Both the position numbers and the translations under genes were made by a program. Source: Myxococcota bacterium (lineage in GTDB: Bacteria; Myxococcota_A; Polyangia; Nannocystales; Nannocystaceae). Taken from it: a DNA stretch of 64,000 nucleotides. The notes beneath the pieces were generated by a model that did no database searches, was not told the origin of the DNA, and worked only from the letters and a program-made list of their open reading frames with translations. Positions 20,418 to 30,870 of this stretch are shown piece by piece; within the stretch, counting starts at the first letter, position 1, and each line of letters starts with the position of its first letter. The stretch is taken from NCBI GenBank assembly GCA_039028615.1, contig JBCCHT010000001.1, positions 160,001 to 224,000 of the forward strand. Direction: 5' to 3'.

Positions 20418-22076
20418 ATGGGGTTCCACGTTTCCAAGTTTGACGCTTTCTACGAGTCATGCCGCATCCCCAACCCAGAGAATGACACCTCATTCCCCAA
20501 CGTTTTCATCCTGGGATGTCTTGAGCAACGAGTATCGTTCCTGGCTCAACAAACCCGCGCAATCAACCTAATATTAGCATTACAGCACCGCAAAACACTC
20601 AGCCCTGACAAGAGGCTCTGTATAGTTGGAGGCGGGGTAGCCGGCACGACCGCTGCCGTATACGCATCGCATGAAGGCATAAAATCAACAGTATTTGAAA
20701 AAACGGCTATGCCATTCTCTCTTCAGGCCGGATCAAGACGTTGGCTCCACCCCAACATAAACGATTGGCCTCGCCCTGGATGGGAACAAAAAAGAACAAA
20801 CCTGCCTGTAATGAACTGGGAGGCAGACGAAGCAACGAAAGTAATTGCAACACTCAGATCAGAATGGCAAAAAGCGCTCAACACATCCTCAATAGCCTTT
20901 CACCACAGCGCGTCGCCGACTCTAGAAAAAACGGCTAACGCATGGCTACTAAAGTGGAACGGCAAACAAGAAGAAGCAGACATCGTCATCCTGGCAGTAG
21001 GATTCGGCGAAGAACGAACCGCCAATGGCATAAGCGGAACCTATTGGCATGACTCAAACGACCACCAGGCTCTAACAAACGGAGGCAGTGTACTCATATC
21101 GGGCTCCGGCGACGGCGGACTAACCGATACACTAAGGATAGCACTCAGAGATTTTAGCCACTCTTGGCTAGGCGAACTCGCAGAAACCAAGTCACTAGGA
21201 AACCTAGCCGAAGCTGTATCAAAAATCGAGAACAATCTTGAAGACTACGCAACACCGGTTCAGCTAACACAATCGTACCTAAATCTGCCTTTCCCACAAG
21301 ATTTACTCGACAAGCTACAAGCTCGAAGAAAGACGAACCTCAGGACCTTTCTAAACGCGCAAGGGAAAGCGCCATTTCGGCGCTCCAGCGCCCCCATCCA
21401 CCGAGTACTTATAGCCGCACTCATTAAACTAAAGATAGTCGAGTACATCCCTGGCGAACTAGACAACGAAAGCATCACCAGCCGCGAAGAAGGAGGCTTC
21501 GACGTCACCGTAACAGAAGGCAACAAGTCGACGAAAAAACACTACGACCGGATACTACTTCGCCACGGAACGAACTCCGCACTCAAGGCATCATTTCCAC
21601 AAATCGCAGAAATTGTAAAATCAACTCGAAGCCACAACCAACTACGGCCAGCACTTTCACACCTCACTCGAGCCCCACTTTGGCTCGAGTCGAAGGACCC
21701 CGGTGTCGCCCCCCCTCAAACCGCAGCACCGAGTACAGCGCAGAAACAGCGAGTTGCCAAAACAACACGGTCTCTACAAGAACACGTCCGCAAAAATCTT
21801 ACAAAAATAGGGAAAACAACATGCGCCGAAGACATACACACAGGCGTCATCAAGTTCGACATCGAGTATGGTGCCCCCAACGACATCCGCCGAGCAACTC
21901 TTGCGTTTCATATCTCACCGACGAAAACAGGCACTTGCATCCAGATGAGGATCCTAGCACCCAAGAAGTTCAAACGAACACAAACACTCGCCAGCGATTG
22001 GCAGTCCTTAGACGCCCACTCAATCGAAAAATCGATACAACAGGCCTTTAACGACCTTGATGGAGCGAACCGATGA
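20418..22076 (+). CDS. FAD/NAD(P)-binding oxidoreductase-like protein with an extra C-terminal domain
   Basis: IVGGGVAG...VFEK Rossmann motif, RWLHPNINDWP, LAVGFG, second ISGSGDGG motif. Confidence 0.85.
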   Translation: MGFHVSKFDAFYESCRIPNPENDTSFPNVFILGCLEQRVSFLAQQTRAINLILALQHRKTLSPDKRLCIVGGGVAGTTAAVYASHEGIKSTVFEKTAMPFSLQAGSRRWLHPNINDWPRPGWEQKRTNLPVMNWEADEATKVIATLRSEWQKALNTSSIAFHHSASPTLEKTANAWLLKWNGKQEEADIVILAVGFGEERTANGISGTYWHDSNDHQALTNGGSVLISGSGDGGLTDTLRIALRDFSHSWLGELAETKSLGNLAEAVSKIENNLEDYATPVQLTQSYLNLPFPQDLLDKLQARRKTNLRTFLNAQGKAPFRRSSAPIHRVLIAALIKLKIVEYIPGELDNESITSREEGGFDVTVTEGNKSTKKHYDRILLRHGTNSALKASFPQIAEIVKSTRSHNQLRPALSHLTRAPLWLESKDPGVAPPQTAAPSTAQKQRVAKTTRSLQEHVRKNLTKIGKTTCAEDIHTGVIKFDIEYGAPNDIRRATLAFHISPTKTGTCIQMRILAPKKFKRTQTLASDWQSLDAHSIEKSIQQAFNDLDGANR

Positions 22077-23227
22077 GCACCTGGTGGGTTGCAGAAGATG
22101 ATCTCGACGAAGATCAACTGAGGGTCATTACACTGGAGGTTGACGGTCGCTACCTAGTATCCGGCCCACCAGGATCAGGAAAAACGAACCTACTTCTGCT
22201 ACGGGCAAGCTACCTGGAAAAGAAGCAGCACAGCGACTACCAAATTCTCGGTTTCACAAGAAGTCTCGGATGGTTCCTCCGGTCCGCGCCACCAAAGTAT
22301 GAGATCCCTCCTGATCGCGTGGATACGGCGATGGGGTGGATGATGAAGAAACTCAAAGAGCTAGGAGGAACTCTTAACGGATTACCTACTGACTTCACAG
22401 ATAAGCGAAACGAGCTCGCAGAGAGAATACTTAACCGTCTCCAGGATCTAAAGCAATCGACTCTCCACAAAACTATTCTTCTTGACGAAGCTCAAGATTT
22501 CACACCAAAGGAGATGGAGCTATTCTTCCATGCGGCGAACAATCTATTCATAGTAGGCGACAAACGCCAGCTAATATACGGAGGCGAGGCAACCCTGGGC
22601 ACGGCCGAAAAACTAGTACAGAACGAGAACATATACAAACTAAGATATCACTATAGAAACTCTCCAGATATCTGCAAAATGGCGGACCGCTTCGCAAAAG
22701 AAGAAGACGGACACGCCCCAATGCATCCGACATGCAACTACAAATCGGATTTCGACGGACGCGTATCGCAGCATTCAATGAACAAGCAAGAACAGTTCAG
22801 AACGGTGCTCAACAGGCTTGAGACCCAGTTACTAGCATATCCCAAAGAGCCCCTGGGCGTAATTTCGCCAACACTCGCCATACATAAAGAATTTTGGAGC
22901 TATTTGCACCATAACGCCGACTTGCTCGCCAAAGCGAACAATCTGGGGGACAGCGACCAAATCTGGAGCCCAAACCGGCGGATCACCGTAGCGCCCATCT
23001 ACCAGGCCAAAGGCCTGGAGTTCCGTGCGGTTCACCTCCCTTGTCTTGACAAGTATAAAGGAATGCCTCACCCACGAGCGAAAGCATACACAGCTATCAC
23101 ACGTGCAAAGTCAGCTCTCGACATCTACTACGAGAATCCGCTGCCCGGCTGGATACAGGATGCGTTGCGGGACCCAACAGACATTCAGGATGAACCGACG
23201 ATCGCGTCCCTTTTCGGAGACTCATAA
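22073..23227 (+). CDS. Compact UvrD-like superfamily 1 helicase/ATPase
   Basis: GPPGSGKT, LLDEAQD, GDKRQ, YRNS, AKGLEF, YTAITRAK. Confidence 0.9.
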   Translation: MSTWWVAEDDLDEDQLRVITLEVDGRYLVSGPPGSGKTNLLLLRASYLEKKQHSDYQILGFTRSLGWFLRSAPPKYEIPPDRVDTAMGWMMKKLKELGGTLNGLPTDFTDKRNELAERILNRLQDLKQSTLHKTILLDEAQDFTPKEMELFFHAANNLFIVGDKRQLIYGGEATLGTAEKLVQNENIYKLRYHYRNSPDICKMADRFAKEEDGHAPMHPTCNYKSDFDGRVSQHSMNKQEQFRTVLNRLETQLLAYPKEPLGVISPTLAIHKEFWSYLHHNADLLAKANNLGDSDQIWSPNRRITVAPIYQAKGLEFRAVHLPCLDKYKGMPHPRAKAYTAITRAKSALDIYYENPLPGWIQDALRDPTDIQDEPTIASLFGDS

Positions 23228-24507
23228 TGCCGACCGTAAAAGGTAATGCTCTGAAGGAACATCTACGTATGGTTGCCGCGGGGAAGCGATTGCCTGGGAC
23301 TCGCAAAGTCGAACGACCGCCACTGCGGTGGAAGGAGGTAACTTTTGTGTGGCGGGAAGAGGCAGAGGGCCTACCGAGCGCGATCTATTTTCCTGACGAG
23401 GACACTCGCGAAGATTGGATCGCATGGGCCACCACCTATATCCCGTCGCTATCGCCTCTATCAGCTTTGTGTCGGCTTGTCGCCAAGCCTGATCTGATTG
23501 GAAAGTCGCGTGCAACACCGAGCCCAAGACTGCGCATGGCAGGTGTCGCCCTGATCCTTGCGGAGGCTCAGGCAGCATCTGAGGACATACTGACAATCCG
23601 ACGCTGCGGCATGACATATTCCTTCGCAGCAGCCAGGGCGCTCCAGCTGGGGGTTTCCCGTCAGGAATTCGATCGCTTAGGAATGCGAATTCTACGAGCG
23701 ACAAAGGCAACTTCGCAGCTAAACTCGACCGACATAGCCCAGGAGCTCTTCACAGAGTTTCGGCAGCCCACAATGCTCCAGGACGTCTGGACAGCACTGT
23801 CGGAGCTAGTACCTGGAGAGCACTGTTCACACCCAACGAGCGCAGCCCTGGCAGAGCTATATGACAGAGGGACGATACCCACATCCCTACTAAAAGACCT
23901 GGCCCCGACATTCCCGCACGAAGTAATATCAGACATCGGCAGTCTTAGCACAGAGGAGCAGGTGGAGTTTTTCCTAGCACTTGCAACAGGCCGAGCCTCC
24001 GACGCGCGCGGACACGCAGCCATACTCGGATACACCCTCTCCATCATCTCCAAGGGTACACTAACGCACCATGCCCTCGCAATGCGGGCAGGAGTGTTGC
24101 CCTGGTATGCCGCTTTCGCCAGCCTACACGAGGGCTCAAGACCAACAGGAATCGGAGATCCAGCCCTCATCCCCAGGATACTCAGAGAACTACAGCGAGA
24201 TTTCGACATCCTGGAGTCTCCTCGATGCGACATAGCGTTCGATGAGCTCATACTAACGTCCCATCGCAGGGACAGTCGCGGAGCAACGACCGGCCTCACA
24301 TCCTGGCTCGTTGAGCTGCACCCAGGCGTCGAAATGACCGTCTCTATTACTTCACAATCGAAAGATGCGCACCTTGGTCCCTCAGCTCCAGTTCGGGACG
24401 AAGAGCCGAACAGGAGAGACCACCTAGGTCGCCTAATGTATCACCTTGAACAGGCACGACGAGCAGGCATAGAACTGGACAGATCAAGAAGGCGGTACCG
24501 TCGATAG
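23227..24507 (+). CDS. Hypothetical protein, third gene of the operon
   Basis: TAATG stop/start overlap with the helicase; 426 aa. Confidence 0.75.
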   Translation: MPTVKGNALKEHLRMVAAGKRLPGTRKVERPPLRWKEVTFVWREEAEGLPSAIYFPDEDTREDWIAWATTYIPSLSPLSALCRLVAKPDLIGKSRATPSPRLRMAGVALILAEAQAASEDILTIRRCGMTYSFAAARALQLGVSRQEFDRLGMRILRATKATSQLNSTDIAQELFTEFRQPTMLQDVWTALSELVPGEHCSHPTSAALAELYDRGTIPTSLLKDLAPTFPHEVISDIGSLSTEEQVEFFLALATGRASDARGHAAILGYTLSIISKGTLTHHALAMRAGVLPWYAAFASLHEGSRPTGIGDPALIPRILRELQRDFDILESPRCDIAFDELILTSHRRDSRGATTGLTSWLVELHPGVEMTVSITSQSKDAHLGPSAPVRDEEPNRRDHLGRLMYHLEQARRAGIELDRSRRRYRR

Positions 24508-24964
24508 TCACAAAGTGATGATCGAAACGAACATCACGGACACGTCCAGGTAGTCAAAAGACCGTTTACTTTCTGTCAGCCGATGGACGCTAAACAAATA
24601 GACTATCCTTGAGCAAGGATAGAGATGGGCGCATCGCCGAAGTATCGCCTTCGGCGCTTGATGCAAATATCGAAGAATTGAGAAGAAATGGCATGCTTCG
24701 TCCTAGAGTGCTCGAAAAGAGGGACGTCGCCGATAGAAAAATTGTTTAACTGGGCGCCGAAGCCGAATCGCCAAAGCGCGTCAGCAGCCCCAGACAACCA
24801 GAATCGGAGACATCCGACTTCCGATAGCGTGGGGCCACCGGACCCCAACTCTTTTCTGCTCTCGCCACGCTAAATGAAACACGCTAGAATAGCGTCATAG
24901 TCAAGACGTTATCATCACAATTCTACAGCCACAACACCACCGGCACGTCGTACTCCACACTGCA

Positions 24965-25423
24965 GTGGCCTCACGAGTTAAGACCACGCTTTTGCCCAAG
25001 AAAGCCCTCACACCGCTCATCGAGGAGTTCGAGGTTCCAGATGAGTGGGTTTGCGCTCATGCCTTCCCAGCCGGCAACGCCGTATCGTCACCCCTTCTCA
25101 CCATCAGCAACTCTCAGCTCGAACACCTTCCAGAGGAACAAGCATTCAACATGTTGTTGTTCGGCCACCTCGAGGACCTGGATTCGCATCCCCTGCTGGT
25201 GACGCAGATTGTCTCACAGCTGCATCGCCTTGGAATCGGCGTTGTATCCCTGGAAGAGGGCATCGATACCTCCACCCGATCCGGACATGAGACGTTTATT
25301 GAGACCTACAAACGAAGAGGAAAGATCGACTATCTTGCCATGATGCCGGCGGTTTGGCCCCTCTTCTTCGACTACGCTCACCCTCCGGCAACAAGCCCCC
25401 ATTGCATCCACTGCCGCGACTGA
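24965..25423 (+). pseudogene. Degenerate serine recombinase (resolvase)-like fragment
   Basis: LHRLGIGVVSLEEGIDTSTRSG resembles the resolvase beta4-alphaE region; the YxRVS catalytic and DRLxR motifs are absent. Confidence 0.45.
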
Positions 25424-25467
25424 AAGAGCCTGCCTCGGGATTAGGTTCTCCCAGGACAGGCTCTTTT
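25423..25467 (+). terminator. Hairpin with T tract, possibly a bidirectional terminator
   Basis: AAAGAGCCTG...CAGGCTCTTT arms between convergent ORFs. Confidence 0.5.
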
Positions 25468-25680
25468 GGCAACGCCACGGAAATGACGATGCCTCTCGCC
25501 TCCATGGCGCTTCAGTGACACTGCCCACCGCGCTTCGGCCTCTATCGGGGAGGGTGGCAAGCCCTGTGGTTCCCAGATCTCAGCACTGGCGGTGTGCCAC
25601 GACACGTCACCTGGCTCTTTTCTGAAAGCCACACAAGCGGCAGAGACGAACTCCTATTATACCAAAGTAGGCCCATTTTC

Positions 25681-26565
25681 TCAATCAACAATGGCTCGCA
25701 CCTGGCCCTGAGGTAATGCCCATACGGGATCGAGGAGCATCGAGCTGTCCTTCTTGAGCTCGTCGATTCGTGCGAAATAGCAGAGCGTTCGGAAGCTGTT
25801 GGCCGCGAGCCTCAGATGTTCCAGGTGCTCGGGGCCTCGGATGGATACGACCAGCACCCGGAACCCGGGCGGCATAGGGCACTGCTCTGCCCCGACCAAT
25901 CGCTTTAGCTCCGAGCACTGATCAAGGGACTTGACGAGCGCCTTGTATCGCCAAAGCTTGGCGACGAAGGACCGGCTGATCGAGGCGGGGATCCCAGGAC
26001 GAATGACCCCGCCCCGGTTCATCAGCTCCAGAAACAGAAGCTGCGGCGTTCCCTCAAGCTCGAGCAGGACCGTGGCGTCAGGGACCACAAGTCTGTTCTC
26101 CAGGCCGTAGCGGCTTGCATCGACCCTCATGGCAAGCTCCCGGTCCCCAAGGGTCCGAAGCAGCCTGGCGCGCCCCTGGCTTCGAGCACAGTCTCGGTGC
26201 AAGAGAGACAGGAACTCAGACACGCCCAGTGCATGGTCCATCTGCGCGAGCCCCAGCGGCCGAGTCACGCTGGCTCGTCGAGGCAGATCCGATACCTCGG
26301 GAGCGACCCGCCCCGCGCGCCTTGAGAGAAAATAAAGGCGCTCGCACTCCCCAGGTCCAATTCGCGGGATTTCCTGCCGCCGAAGCAAACCCCGTCGAAC
26401 CAAGGACAGGAGCTCGCTGCGAGCAACCGAGAGACTTCCAAGCGGGCGTTCGAAGCCCTCGGATGCCTGCATGACCTGACGCGCCGTCATGTGCGAGGAA
26501 AGCAACAAGCCAATGATTTCAACAGTACGTCTATTTAGAATGATTGAGCGATTAGCAAACACCAA
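25681..26565 (-). CDS. Second Replic_Relax-family protein (start uncertain)
   Basis: MTARQV wHTH-like region, DHALGVSEF, VPDA, LFLELMN, KLWRY, FRVLVV. Confidence 0.75.
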   Translation of the reverse strand: MVFANRSIILNRRTVEIIGLLLSSHMTARQVMQASEGFERPLGSLSVARSELLSLVRRGLLRRQEIPRIGPGECERLYFLSRRAGRVAPEVSDLPRRASVTRPLGLAQMDHALGVSEFLSLLHRDCARSQGRARLLRTLGDRELAMRVDASRYGLENRLVVPDATVLLELEGTPQLLFLELMNRGGVIRPGIPASISRSFVAKLWRYKALVKSLDQCSELKRLVGAEQCPMPPGFRVLVVSIRGPEHLEHLRLAANSFRTLCYFARIDELKKDSSMLLDPVWALPQGQVRAIVD

Positions 26566-26572
26566 GTATAAT
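26544..26572 (+). promoter_or_regulatory. Sigma70-like promoter for ardA-primase-integrase
   Basis: TTGAGC-17 bp-TATAAT in an AT-rich patch. Confidence 0.6.
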
Positions 26573-26658
26573 GCAAATTACATTTTTTATCAACACCTCC
26601 TCCTGTGCAGACGAGCCAAGAGCTCGCCTTCACCGGAGGGGGACTTGACCCCAACATC

Positions 26659-27192
26659 ATGTCCAACCCTGACTTGGAGCCACGTCTCTACGTGGCCTGC
26701 CTGGCGTCCTACAACGCTGGCACACTTTACGGCGAATGGATCGACGCCGCATGCGAAGTGGAAGAACTTCGCGACGAGATCCAACTCATGCTCGAAAGAA
26801 GCCCTATTCCTCGCGCCGAGGAGTGGGCCATCCACGACCATGAGGGTTTTTCCCCTTTGTCCCCCGGCGAGCACGAAGACCTCGAGCAGGTCAGCGAGGC
26901 CGCCAAACTGATAGCAGAGTTCGGAGCTCTGGCTGCCCATGTCCAAGAGGACGTGGGAGGTTTCGGCTACCACGAAACCGCGCGAATGGCCCTCGAAGAG
27001 CTCTACATCGGCGCCTACGATTCGGTGGGTGACTGGGTGGAGGGCCTTCTCGATGAGGGTTGCTACGGACCCATCAATGAAACGCTCCGAGCCTACATCG
27101 ATTCGGATCGTCTGGCGCGTGATCTGGAGCTGGCGGGCGACGTTCAGCTCTTTCCCCTGAACGGTCAGACGCACCTATTTTGGTCCCACTAG
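26659..27192 (+). CDS. ardA: Antirestriction protein ArdA
   Basis: YVACLASYNAGTLYGEWIDA, EEWAIHDHEGF, YID...LARDL; highly acidic. Confidence 0.93.
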   Translation: MSNPDLEPRLYVACLASYNAGTLYGEWIDAACEVEELRDEIQLMLERSPIPRAEEWAIHDHEGFSPLSPGEHEDLEQVSEAAKLIAEFGALAAHVQEDVGGFGYHETARMALEELYIGAYDSVGDWVEGLLDEGCYGPINETLRAYIDSDRLARDLELAGDVQLFPLNGQTHLFWSH

Positions 27193-27214
27193 CCTACTTC
27201 CTAACACCCACCCC

Positions 27215-28399
27215 ATGAGTAAGAAAACTCCGACCTCCAGCCCAAGACGGCCCTGGCTTGATGCCAACGACCTGCGAGCGCGGACGCTCATCCGAGATGT
27301 ACTGGCTGGTTACGATCTGCTCGAGCAGATGACCCAGTACGGAGCATCGCTTCAGGGCCCCTCTCCTTTCCACGAGGGAGGTGACCCCAGCTTCCGCGTA
27401 TACCTGGAGCGCGGCCTATGGAACGATTTCCAAGGCCGTCCAGAGGGCTGCAAAGGGAACGTCATCGGCCTGGTCCAGGCCCTCGAAGGATGCTCCTTTG
27501 CCCAAGCCCTCCACGTGGTCGCGGACCGCTTCGCCTCTCCTGCAACCGAGCCAACAGGGCCCGCCGCTGCCCGCCTGCATGCTGTCCCCATGGCCCCCGC
27601 GCCGGCCACAGCCGAACCGGTCGAACGAGACCCAGTTGCTTCAGGGGCTGGCACGGCGAGCCGGGCCGCCCTTCCCCCCGAGCGCCGGGCAACTCTCGGT
27701 CCTGAAGCACTTGGCCCCGCAGAGCAGGACCACGAGGAAACACCCCTCTTCGGGAAGGAGCTTCGGGGCCTACGCTACGATGTCCCGCTCCTCTTGGAGC
27801 GGGGCATCCAGGCGAAAGTGGCTCAGGCCTACGGCGTGGGCTACTGCATGCGAGGCCTCATGAAGAGCCGCCTCGTGGCTCCCGTGAAGACCGCCGAGGG
27901 CGAGATTGCCGGATACGTCGGCCGTGCCCTCAAAGCCGCGCCCCGCACCGAGCTTTGGAAGAACCCGGCCGGCTTTCCCAGGAGTCAGTATCTCTTCGGG
28001 CTGCACCGGATGCTGGATACCGGCGCCGGCCGAAAAGCCGTGAAGGACTACGGTCTCATCGTCGTCCAATCGCCGCTCGATGTTCTTCGGCTGGCGACCG
28101 CGGGCTTCCCCAATGCCGTGGCCCTCATGGCCGCTTCGGCTTCCAGGGCCCAGCTCCACCAGCTGACGAACCCCACCCTCAACCCGACTAGACGCGTGAC
28201 ATTGCTGCTGGACAACGACGAGGCAGGTCACCGAGGAAAACGAGAGGCAGCAGGCCATCTCATTCGCCTGGCCTTCGTTCGATACGCGTGTTGGAACGCG
28301 ATCGAGGCCACGCACTCCAGTCCCGATCGCCTCACCGACGAGGAGCTCCGGCCACTGCTCGCCCTTTCCCGCCCACAACACCCCACCATCAACACCTAA
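27215..28399 (+). CDS. DnaG-like primase / Toprim domain protein
   Basis: PFHE...PSF N-terminal domain, GYVGR, YLFGL, GFPNAVALM, LDNDEAG. Confidence 0.85.
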   Translation: MSKKTPTSSPRRPWLDANDLRARTLIRDVLAGYDLLEQMTQYGASLQGPSPFHEGGDPSFRVYLERGLWNDFQGRPEGCKGNVIGLVQALEGCSFAQALHVVADRFASPATEPTGPAAARLHAVPMAPAPATAEPVERDPVASGAGTASRAALPPERRATLGPEALGPAEQDHEETPLFGKELRGLRYDVPLLLERGIQAKVAQAYGVGYCMRGLMKSRLVAPVKTAEGEIAGYVGRALKAAPRTELWKNPAGFPRSQYLFGLHRMLDTGAGRKAVKDYGLIVVQSPLDVLRLATAGFPNAVALMAASASRAQLHQLTNPTLNPTRRVTLLLDNDEAGHRGKREAAGHLIRLAFVRYACWNAIEATHSSPDRLTDEELRPLLALSRPQHPTINT

Positions 28400-28410
28400 A
28401 CCCCAACCCC

Positions 28411-29298
28411 ATCGATCTACTGGAAACTCACCGACGCTTCCGGCGGTATTGCGCCGTGGAGGAGGGCCTCAGCCCTCGAACCGTCTCCTCTTTCAAGGCA
28501 TTCATCACCACTTTCGTTAACAGAAGCAGTGCCTCGACCGTAAAGGACATTTCCCTGGAACGGTTGCGGGATTTTTTCTACGAGGGCAAGGAACTGCATC
28601 AATGGTCGTACTGGCACTACGTCAACCACCACAAACACTTCAGGAAATTTCTCGATTGGTGTATCAGACAAGGCTACACAGACAGAAACCCCGCACTCAA
28701 GATCAAGAAACCCAAGAAACCCCAGTCCCTGCCTCGGCGCCTCACCTACGAGCAAGCTCAGGCAGTGCTCTATGCCTCCTTCAATCACCCCTGGCGCTAT
28801 GCCTTCGAGCGCACTCGAAACCACGCGTTGATCGCCTCTCTGCTATTCACAGGGCTGCGTGCCAGAGAGCTCCTAAACCTGGAGCTCCATGACCTCGACC
28901 TCAACGACGGAACTCTGCTCGTACGCGCCGGAAAGGGCAACAAGGACCGATTCGTTCCCATTCATCACAAACTTCGACATGCCCTGCAACGCTATCTCGC
29001 CGCCCGCGCTCGCCACGGCCGAACGTCTTCGCGACTCTTCACTCATGCCCTCCAAGACAGCCCGCTGGGGTACCGCGCTCTGAACCGCATCTGCCAGAGA
29101 CTTTCTCGAGCGACTCGAATCAAGTTTACTCCCCACTGCCTTCGACATACATTCGGCAGCGTCTCGATCGAACAGGATATAAACCTAGTAAAACTCAAGG
29201 AAATAATGGGGCACAGACACATATCTTCAACCATGATCTATCTAAGCATGGCGCCCGCCAACCTTAAGGAGAGCCTAAATCGCCTTGATCTCTTTTGA
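28411..29298 (+). CDS. Tyrosine recombinase A (XerC/D-like); no canonical start codon at the expected position
   Basis: TGLR, GKGNKDR, HCLRHTF and MGH...TMIY catalytic residues. Confidence 0.92.
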   Translation: MDLLETHRRFRRYCAVEEGLSPRTVSSFKAFITTFVNRSSASTVKDISLERLRDFFYEGKELHQWSYWHYVNHHKHFRKFLDWCIRQGYTDRNPALKIKKPKKPQSLPRRLTYEQAQAVLYASFNHPWRYAFERTRNHALIASLLFTGLRARELLNLELHDLDLNDGTLLVRAGKGNKDRFVPIHHKLRHALQRYLAARARHGRTSSRLFTHALQDSPLGYRALNRICQRLSRATRIKFTPHCLRHTFGSVSIEQDINLVKLKEIMGHRHISSTMIYLSMAPANLKESLNRLDLF

Positions 29299-29490
29299 CC
29301 CCTGCCAAGATGCTCGCAGCTACAAACCGCAGTAGCGAGTCCTTTCTTCTAACTGGTCAAGTTCAACTTGGATTTGTATAGGGCCCAAAACGAACCAACG
29401 CATCAGCGCAAGATCACAACACCCCGCGCCGATGTTCGGCTTCTAACCAGGCGAGGTAGACACCCTGCCCCGGACCACATACGCCTGAAG

Positions 29491-30237
29491 CTAGCTGGCC
29501 TTGTCCCCGTCGGCGGCATCCACCAAGTGAACAAAGGGTTTTTGTAGCTCGGCGTTCAACGCCTTGGTAAAGGGCGAGAGGTCCTCCAGGGGCTCAGGCG
29601 AGAATTGAATATACTTGGACACTGCGCCTGCGAGCTCATTCATCCACTGATAAACATCATCATAGGTCTCCTCATGAATCAGAATTCGACCTCGGAACAT
29701 CAACGCAAAGGCCAAGCGAAGATTCTCTCTAAATTGTGGAATTTCCTTTTCTAGCTCCTTGGTTTGAAAATCGCTCAGCAAGCTCGTCTTCTTTTGCAAA
29801 ACCATCATCCGCCGAGTTGATATACCCAGATTGTACCACAATTCTGATGCAGTCTTCTGAAACTCCAGAGCCCACTCTAGGCGCCGCGCCTCCAAAGCCC
29901 GTCGTCGATCTGCTGTGAGTCCCAGATTATGCGCAAGATGCTGCTTTTTCTTTTCGATCACCCAGTTCCATACGTGTCCCAACAAAGCAAAGGCACCGAG
30001 GACTACGCCCCAGTCTATTTCCGAGTACCAAGACTCGGATTCGTCTTCTGATGGGGAGCCCTTCGTGGAGCCGGGGCCTCCCTTCGGGGCAGGGTCGTCG
30101 CTGTGCTCGGACGCTGGATTTGGCTCGGATTCGCCCGTGGCGGCTTGGGCAGTGGAAGAAGCGATAAAGAGGCAACTGGCGGGCACCACCCAAATCCAGC
30201 AGGAAGCCTTGCTCAGCCAACGGGCTCGCTTTGACAT
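29491..30237 (-). CDS. Hypothetical membrane protein
   Basis: Signal-like N-terminus, low-complexity linker, one TM helix, helical C-terminus. Confidence 0.6.
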   Translation of the reverse strand: MSKRARWLSKASCWIWVVPASCLFIASSTAQAATGESEPNPASEHSDDPAPKGGPGSTKGSPSEDESESWYSEIDWGVVLGAFALLGHVWNWVIEKKKQHLAHNLGLTADRRRALEARRLEWALEFQKTASELWYNLGISTRRMMVLQKKTSLLSDFQTKELEKEIPQFRENLRLAFALMFRGRILIHEETYDDVYQWMNELAGAVSKYIQFSPEPLEDLSPFTKALNAELQKPFVHLVDAADGDKAS

Positions 30238-30540
30238 ACAGGCTATTTTACGACCATCCACGCCCCTGAACAACGGCCGGGAACTTGAACGGAGGGCCGG
30301 CTGAGTTGGACCCACTGCCACGTTCCACCATTTCTCACAGCGGCAGGCAGCAATCCAGGCCCAAACCGACGTGGCTCGCCCCCACTCGCACTGGCCACTT
30401 CGTTCATACGCGTACTCAGGGATCAAAGTTCGAACGAAGGGAACGGGGATGGGGTTAGGCAAAGTTGAACGCAGATTATCGGAAGCAGAAATCGTGGTCA
30501 CGGGCCCGAGATACCAGCTCAGCAGAGGAAATGCCGAGCC

Positions 30541-30795
30541 TCAGTACCACGACTTCTTTCCGCGAGCTTCGCAGATCAGATTCCAATAGGAAACGCCATC
30601 GATGGCGATAATGAACCTATCAGTCGCAGCGCCCGTGAGAAGTTCAAACACAACTATAGGGTCTGGGTTCAGACCAACGTATGACGGGCGCGGCAGATGA
30701 ACACCAGGATGACTCCTAAGGGGTTCCTCGATCGCCTTGACCTTTTCTGGCTCGATCTCTAGAATGGAGTTGCTACTGTATCCTGAATGCAGCAC
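30541..30795 (-). CDS. Small hypothetical protein
   Basis: 84-aa ATG ORF with protein-like composition; no domain recognised. Confidence 0.35.
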   Translation of the reverse strand: MLHSGYSSNSILEIEPEKVKAIEEPLRSHPGVHLPRPSYVGLNPDPIVVFELLTGAATDRFIIAIDGVSYWNLICEARGKKSWY

Positions 30796-30870
30796 TCACG
30801 CCTCTCACCCTGATTCGTACGTTTTGGCTTCAACAAGCCAAAACCGAGATTCTCCTCAGTTCGAAAAGGT

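Noticed and set aside
24965..25423. Active serine recombinase
   Set aside because: Catalytic N-terminal motifs are absent; at most a remnant.
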